This document shows positions 7,608 through 11,937 of a DNA stretch of 11,937 bases, piece after piece (the stretch's first letter is position 1; the number at the start of each line of letters is the position of its first letter). The DNA is from Chlamydiae bacterium RIFCSPHIGHO2_12_FULL_49_11 (GTDB taxonomy: Bacteria; Chlamydiota; Chlamydiia; Chlamydiales; 2-12-FULL-49-11). Below the pieces are notes generated by a model, which saw only the letters and a list, made by a program, of their open reading frames with translations, made no database searches and was not told where the DNA came from. The stretch lies in contig MGLW01000059.1 of NCBI GenBank assembly GCA_001794905.1, positions 13,342-25,278 of the forward strand, written 5' to 3'. The position numbers and the translations under genes were made by a program.

Positions 7608-10166
7608 TTAGGCGATGAAGCAGCGGTCCGATTCCAGGAATTCGCGGCGGACACGTTCGAGCTCATCGTGATCGACTGGGATAGGCTCTAAGTTCCAAAT
7701 ATTTTTTGCATAATTTTTGATCGACACGTCAGAAGAAAAGCTTCCCATTCCCCCGATGTTATGAAGGGCAATCTCGGCCCATTTGTGTAAATCCTGGTAG
7801 TAGGTTTCCACCCGGTTTTGCACATCGTTGTAAGAAAAAAGGTCTTGCAGGACAAAGAAATAGTCGGGATTGGAACCCATCAATAAATTGTCGTAGATCG
7901 ACTGCATGATTTTGCGTTCGATATCATTTTCGGCAAACTCGCCCGACCTCAAGCTTTCTAGGGCTTCGGCAATATCAGGGTGAGACTGAATGATGGCATA
8001 CGGTTTATATTTTCCGCTTTGCCTGAGCTCTGCAAGTTCAGCCGTCGTTGCACCGCAGCGGAACGGCCAAAACTCATCTCCGATCGCCTCACGCATTTCA
8101 ATGTTCGCACCGTCTTCGGTACCGATCGTGAGCGCGCCGTTTATCGCAAGCTTCATGTTCCCCGTTCCCGACGCTTCCATCCCCGCCGTAGAAATCTGTT
8201 CGGACAGGTCGGACGCAGGAATGATCAGCGAGGCTTTTGAAACATTATAATTTTCCACAAAAATCACTTTCAGCTTTTGCCCCACAACGGGATCGGTATT
8301 GATTTTTCGTCCGATGCAATAGAAAAGGCGGATAATATTTTTTGCCATGTCATAGCCCGGCGCCGCTTTGCCGGCAATGATCACCTTGCGTTTGATGCGC
8401 ACCGAATCGGGATTTTTGCGAATCCGGTGGTAGATCATGATTTTTTGCAGTGCGTTCATGAGCTGACGCTTATATTCATGAATCCTTTTGATCTGGACAT
8501 CGAAAAGGGCGTCGCCTTCCATAAACAGCTCTTTTTCCACATCGACCATCGACCCGTAGTGAGCCTTTTTAGATTCGGCAAGGACATCGAGAAGACATTT
8601 CTTATTTTGCAGCTTGATTTGCAAGAACCTCTCCTGCACGTCTTTTTTGCCTGCATGCTCTTTGATTCTTGCAATTTCCTCAAAGTCAACGATCCACTTG
8701 TCTCCGATCAGCTCGGTGATCATTTTGCTGAGCAAAGGGTTGACTCCCATGAGCCAACGTCTTGGCGTAACGCCGTTGGTCACATTCGTAAACACATCGG
8801 GAAAAAATTCGTGGAAATCGGGGAAAATGTTCTTTTGAAGAATTTCCGAATGGAGTTTTGCCACTCCGTTTACTTTGTGCGATCCGACGATCGCAAGGTG
8901 CGCCATTTTTACCCGATCGTTATGGATGATCGACATGCGCCTGATCTTTTCTTCATCCTCGGGAAATTTGGCACGAACGCGATTACAAAACTCGGCATTG
9001 ATCTTTTCGATGATAAGATGCTGGCGCGGTAAAAGTTCCCTTAAGAGGTGCGCATCCCACTCTTCGAGAGACTCTTTCAACACCGTATGGTTGGTGTAAC
9101 TGCAACACGTTTTGGTGATCGCCCACGCTTCCTGCCAGGAAAGGTTTTTTTCGGCGATGAGAATCCGCATCAGCTCTGCAATCGTGAGCGCCGGATGGGT
9201 ATCGTTGATCTGTATACGGATAATGTCGGGAAAAGCGTCTATCGTATCGTAAATTCTGTCATAATGACTGAAAATATCTTGTAATGAAGAACATACCAGC
9301 AAATATTCCTGCTTGATCCTCATGGTCAGCCCGAGTGAATATTTGTCGTTCGGATAAAGCACATCGGTCACTGCCGTGTTGCGCGTTGCATCATACAAAT
9401 CTCCCGCATTGAACCGGGCAAGTTCAAAATTCCGCGGCGACTCTTTTGTGGTCCATAACCGGAGCGTCATGGCTGAAAACGGCTGCTTATAGCCGTAGCC
9501 GACAATGGGAATATCGTATGCGAGTGCCCGTACTTCTTCACTATCGGCCAAAAAGTAGACTGGCTCACCTTTCTTATTTTGTTTTTCGACGGTTCTTCCC
9601 GCAAAGTTTACAATCGATGCAATCGAATCGCGGCGCATCTCCCAAGGATAGTCTCCGAGGAGCCACGTGTCGGGTCTTTCGATCTGCACACCCGACCACA
9701 CTTCCTGTTCAAAAATGCCGTATTGGTACCTCAGTCCGTACCCCATCGCTGGGTAGTGGTGCGTGGCCAGAGAATCGAGATAACAGGCGGCTAGGCGGCC
9801 GAGACCTCCGTTTCCGAGGCCGGGTTCGGGCTCGGACCGCATCACATGCATAAAATCCCGTTTGAGATAGCCTAATACTTTTTTGACCAGCTCCACATCA
9901 GAAATATTTTGGAGGTTGTTTAGGGTAAGACGCCCGGGAAGCCATTCCAGGGAAAAATAATAGAGGCGCCGCGCCTTTTTTCGTTGGACCGTATGCATCG
10001 TAGCGGTCCAATTGATCATGATCTCTTCACGAATTACAAGGCTCAGAGCACGGTACAGCTCCCCATCGGTTGCTTCCTCGCTCGTCTTACCGTAAGTTGT
10101 GATGAGGTAATGTTTCATTTGTTGCGCCATCCGTTTGGCAACAACTTCTATATCTTCGGGACCCAT
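7608..10166 (-). CDS. glgP: Glycogen/starch/alpha-glucan phosphorylase (GT35)
   Basis: GLGNGGLGRLAAC, GYGLRYQYGIF, INDTHP, YTNHT, NGVAKLHS, NVTNGVTPRRW, QIKRIHEYKRQ and the PLP-lysine motif EASGTGNMK. 852 aa, full length. Confidence 0.99.
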   Translation of the reverse strand: MGPEDIEVVAKRMAQQMKHYLITTYGKTSEEATDGELYRALSLVIREEIMINWTATMHTVQRKKARRLYYFSLEWLPGRLTLNNLQNISDVELVKKVLGYLKRDFMHVMRSEPEPGLGNGGLGRLAACYLDSLATHHYPAMGYGLRYQYGIFEQEVWSGVQIERPDTWLLGDYPWEMRRDSIASIVNFAGRTVEKQNKKGEPVYFLADSEEVRALAYDIPIVGYGYKQPFSAMTLRLWTTKESPRNFELARFNAGDLYDATRNTAVTDVLYPNDKYSLGLTMRIKQEYLLVCSSLQDIFSHYDRIYDTIDAFPDIIRIQINDTHPALTIAELMRILIAEKNLSWQEAWAITKTCCSYTNHTVLKESLEEWDAHLLRELLPRQHLIIEKINAEFCNRVRAKFPEDEEKIRRMSIIHNDRVKMAHLAIVGSHKVNGVAKLHSEILQKNIFPDFHEFFPDVFTNVTNGVTPRRWLMGVNPLLSKMITELIGDKWIVDFEEIARIKEHAGKKDVQERFLQIKLQNKKCLLDVLAESKKAHYGSMVDVEKELFMEGDALFDVQIKRIHEYKRQLMNALQKIMIYHRIRKNPDSVRIKRKVIIAGKAAPGYDMAKNIIRLFYCIGRKINTDPVVGQKLKVIFVENYNVSKASLIIPASDLSEQISTAGMEASGTGNMKLAINGALTIGTEDGANIEMREAIGDEFWPFRCGATTAELAELRQSGKYKPYAIIQSHPDIAEALESLRSGEFAENDIERKIMQSIYDNLLMGSNPDYFFVLQDLFSYNDVQNRVETYYQDLHKWAEIALHNIGGMGSFSSDVSIKNYAKNIWNLEPIPVDHDELERVRREFLESDRCFIA

Positions 10167-10249
10167 ATTTGCACCCTACCAAATCAATTTTTTTTTCGAC
10201 ACAAAATTCCTCTTAAATTTAATTCCCTGTTATTATAGAATGATAATTA
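10167..10249. promoter_or_regulatory. AT-rich divergent promoter region between glgP and the hypothetical gene
   Basis: Minus-strand TATAAT at 10232-10237 overlaps plus-strand TAGAAT at 10236-10241. A perfect palindrome TTAAATTTAA lies at 10213-10222. The -35 boxes are not convincing. Confidence 0.4.
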
Positions 10250-10714
10250 ATGGCGATGGCAAAGAAAACTCCAAATATCGTTGAACTGGATCAGACACTA
10301 TCGTGCTGCTTGCATGAACTTTCCCTTCTCCTCTACTATCTTGAAAGGCAGCATTGCCACATCAAAGCCAGGCTCCACTATTTTCTCCCTCTCAGCAATG
10401 CGGGAGCGTTGCAAACTTTGTTTTTTACCGCTTTCGCAAAAATTTCTTCAATCCGCAAGGGCATTGCCGCCCTGATCCCCCTGCAAAACCATTTTACAGA
10501 CCATCAAGTCGATCTTTTAAAAAAGCTCCTTTTCCTCTCTTCTGCCCTGGATGAAAAGGAACCCTCCGTCTTTTGGACTATAGTAGAAACGGTCCGAGGG
10601 GAAGAAGAACTGCAAGGAGTCATCCGGCCGCTCATCGAATATAAAAAATTGCTGCTTGCCTGGAAACAGGAAGGGCTGGAATCAACCCTCTCGCTCTTCG
10701 AGAAGTCTCTTTAG
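10250..10714 (+). CDS. Hypothetical protein, predicted helical, 154 aa
   Basis: Longest ORF filling the gap between glgP and pgp6. Leu-rich amphipathic pattern with no recognised motif. Its 3' end overlaps pgp6 by 33 bp. Confidence 0.65.
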   Translation: MAMAKKTPNIVELDQTLSCCLHELSLLLYYLERQHCHIKARLHYFLPLSNAGALQTLFFTAFAKISSIRKGIAALIPLQNHFTDHQVDLLKKLLFLSSALDEKEPSVFWTIVETVRGEEELQGVIRPLIEYKKLLLAWKQEGLESTLSLFEKSL

Positions 10715-11410
10715 TTCGATCAATTTTTCCCTTGCCTCTCGCAAATCATTTTGAGCAAAAGCATCATTCTGGACGAGCCGGATCAGCCGTTCCAGTTCAA
10801 AAACAAGGCCGGCGCCTCTTTTACGGGCATTTCGTTTATCCTGCTGCGGGAGGGGAAACGTACGTTTAATTTCTTCGATCAGTAATTCTTGGGGGCCGCC
10901 TTCAAAGCGGTCGATCAGGTCGCGCTTTTTTTCCACATCCCCCCGCCGCGATGCCAAGATATAAATCGCCTTGAGAGGCATTGTTTTCACCTTTTCACGG
11001 GCACCCTCGTCGGGAAGTTCCAGAAAAAATTCGTACAGGGCAAGAGCATTGTAAGCCGTTTTTTTGCTGGAAAAGACGAGTGAGAGCCATTTGGTAAAAA
11101 CGAAATCGCCCTCTTTCTTTTCGCGCAGCATCTCACGCACGCGGAAAATTCGCTCTCCGACCAGAATCACCGCCTGCTTTTGCACCGACCGAAGTTCAGA
11201 TGTGGCCTGAAAAAGTTCTCGTTTCTCCTGCTCGGAAGCCACTTCAAAAAAAGGGGCCAGCTCGAGCGAAAACTTTTCTTTCTCTTCCTCCGATATTTCT
11301 TTTACATCGAACAAAGAACGGAAACTGTTATGGGGAACGACTTTTTCGACAGGGGTTCCCTTTTTCTTTTTCCCCAAAAATTCGCGGACTAGAGTGGCTG
11401 CACTTGGCAT
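10682..11410 (-). CDS. pgp6: pGP6-D / CT583 family protein (chlamydial ParA partner)
   Basis: SVQKQAVILVGERI.RVREML, F.KWLSLVF, TAYNAL.LYEFF.ELPD, PLKAIYILASRRG and IKRTFPL match the chlamydial pGP6-D/CT583 family as I recall it. It lies directly downstream of parA (22-bp overlap), the canonical arrangement. Confidence 0.88.
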   Translation of the reverse strand: MPSAATLVREFLGKKKKGTPVEKVVPHNSFRSLFDVKEISEEEKEKFSLELAPFFEVASEQEKRELFQATSELRSVQKQAVILVGERIFRVREMLREKKEGDFVFTKWLSLVFSSKKTAYNALALYEFFLELPDEGAREKVKTMPLKAIYILASRRGDVEKKRDLIDRFEGGPQELLIEEIKRTFPLPQQDKRNARKRGAGLVFELERLIRLVQNDAFAQNDLREAREKLIELKRLLEEREG

Positions 11411-11937
11411 AATGACTCGCTGGAAATTCTCGCTAAAAATTCCCCCGTAAGGGATGCATAATCGCTTGCAGCACGAGAATGCGGATATGCTGCTGTTACG
11501 GGAAGGCCTTTGAGGACGCTCCGGGAAACGGAGATATCTCGGCGGATTTTCGTCGGAAACAATTTACCGGGGAACGCCTCTTCAATGGCAGCAACGTACG
11601 CCGGATTAGTTGCTCCCCGCTCATCCCAAAATGAGAGTACCACTCCCAGAATACTAAGGTCGTGATGTTCCTGGATTTGTTCGTGATACTCTTTCAGCCG
11701 GTTAAGAGCCAAAATGCTATACGGCTCTGGCACGGCGCAAATGATCGAATATTGTGCCGCAAAAAAAGCGCTTTGGGTGAGCCATCCCAAACTGGGCGGC
11801 GTATCGATAAAGACAACATCGTAATCGATTCCTTTCAGGGAGCGTCTGAGTCTTTCATGGCCATACAAATCGTTCACAATGGGCGAGGTCGCCTCTACGC
11901 CGTCGAGGTACACATTGGCAGCAATAAGATCGAGCCC
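11389..11937 (-). CDS. parA: ParA/MinD family ATPase, pGP5-D/CT582-like (5'-truncated by window edge)
   Basis: Frame is open to the window end (GLDLIAANVYLDG...). Walker B region YDVVFIDTPPSLG, plus PEPYSILAL, ILGVVLSFWD and IRRDISVS...G.PV..AYPHSRAA.DY, typical of ParA/Soj. Confidence 0.93.
   Translation of the reverse strand, partial: GLDLIAANVYLDGVEATSPIVNDLYGHERLRRSLKGIDYDVVFIDTPPSLGWLTQSAFFAAQYSIICAVPEPYSILALNRLKEYHEQIQEHHDLSILGVVLSFWDERGATNPAYVAAIEEAFPGKLFPTKIRRDISVSRSVLKGLPVTAAYPHSRAASDYASLTGEFLARISSESLCQVQPL

Noticed and set aside
7550-7666. 39-aa N-terminal extension of the ankyrin ORF
   Set aside because: Overlaps the glgP 3' end and crosses an AT-rich intergenic-like spacer; the ATG at 7549 has a better context.
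8277-9032. 251-aa plus-strand ORF
   Set aside because: Lies wholly antisense to the highly conserved glgP and has no recognisable motif; a typical shadow ORF.

Overview
Bacterial DNA, very probably from a member of the phylum Chlamydiota (environmental chlamydia). That call rests on a ParA/pGP5-D-like ATPase paired with a pGP6-D/CT583-family gene, plus eukaryote-like repeat proteins. Left to right on the + strand are the 3' part of a PiT-family phosphate transporter and an amino-acid ABC-transporter substrate-binding protein. Next comes a convergent intergenic region holding a 161-bp near-fully palindromic element flanked by TTA direct repeats. A tightly packed minus-strand run follows, read glgP -> ~1370-aa ankyrin-repeat protein -> LRR protein with a young 126/129-bp tandem array -> 63-aa mini-paralogue made only of the LRR protein's two termini. 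A divergent hypothetical gene and the parA-pgp6 pair (5' end cut off) close the window. The most interesting part is 1726-3427: the palindromic element sitting on a stop codon, the 'empty' in-frame paralogue, the mosaic hypervariable LRR array, and a KKRKR tail that coincides with the next gene's ribosome-binding region. All family calls come from motif recognition by eye; no searches were run.
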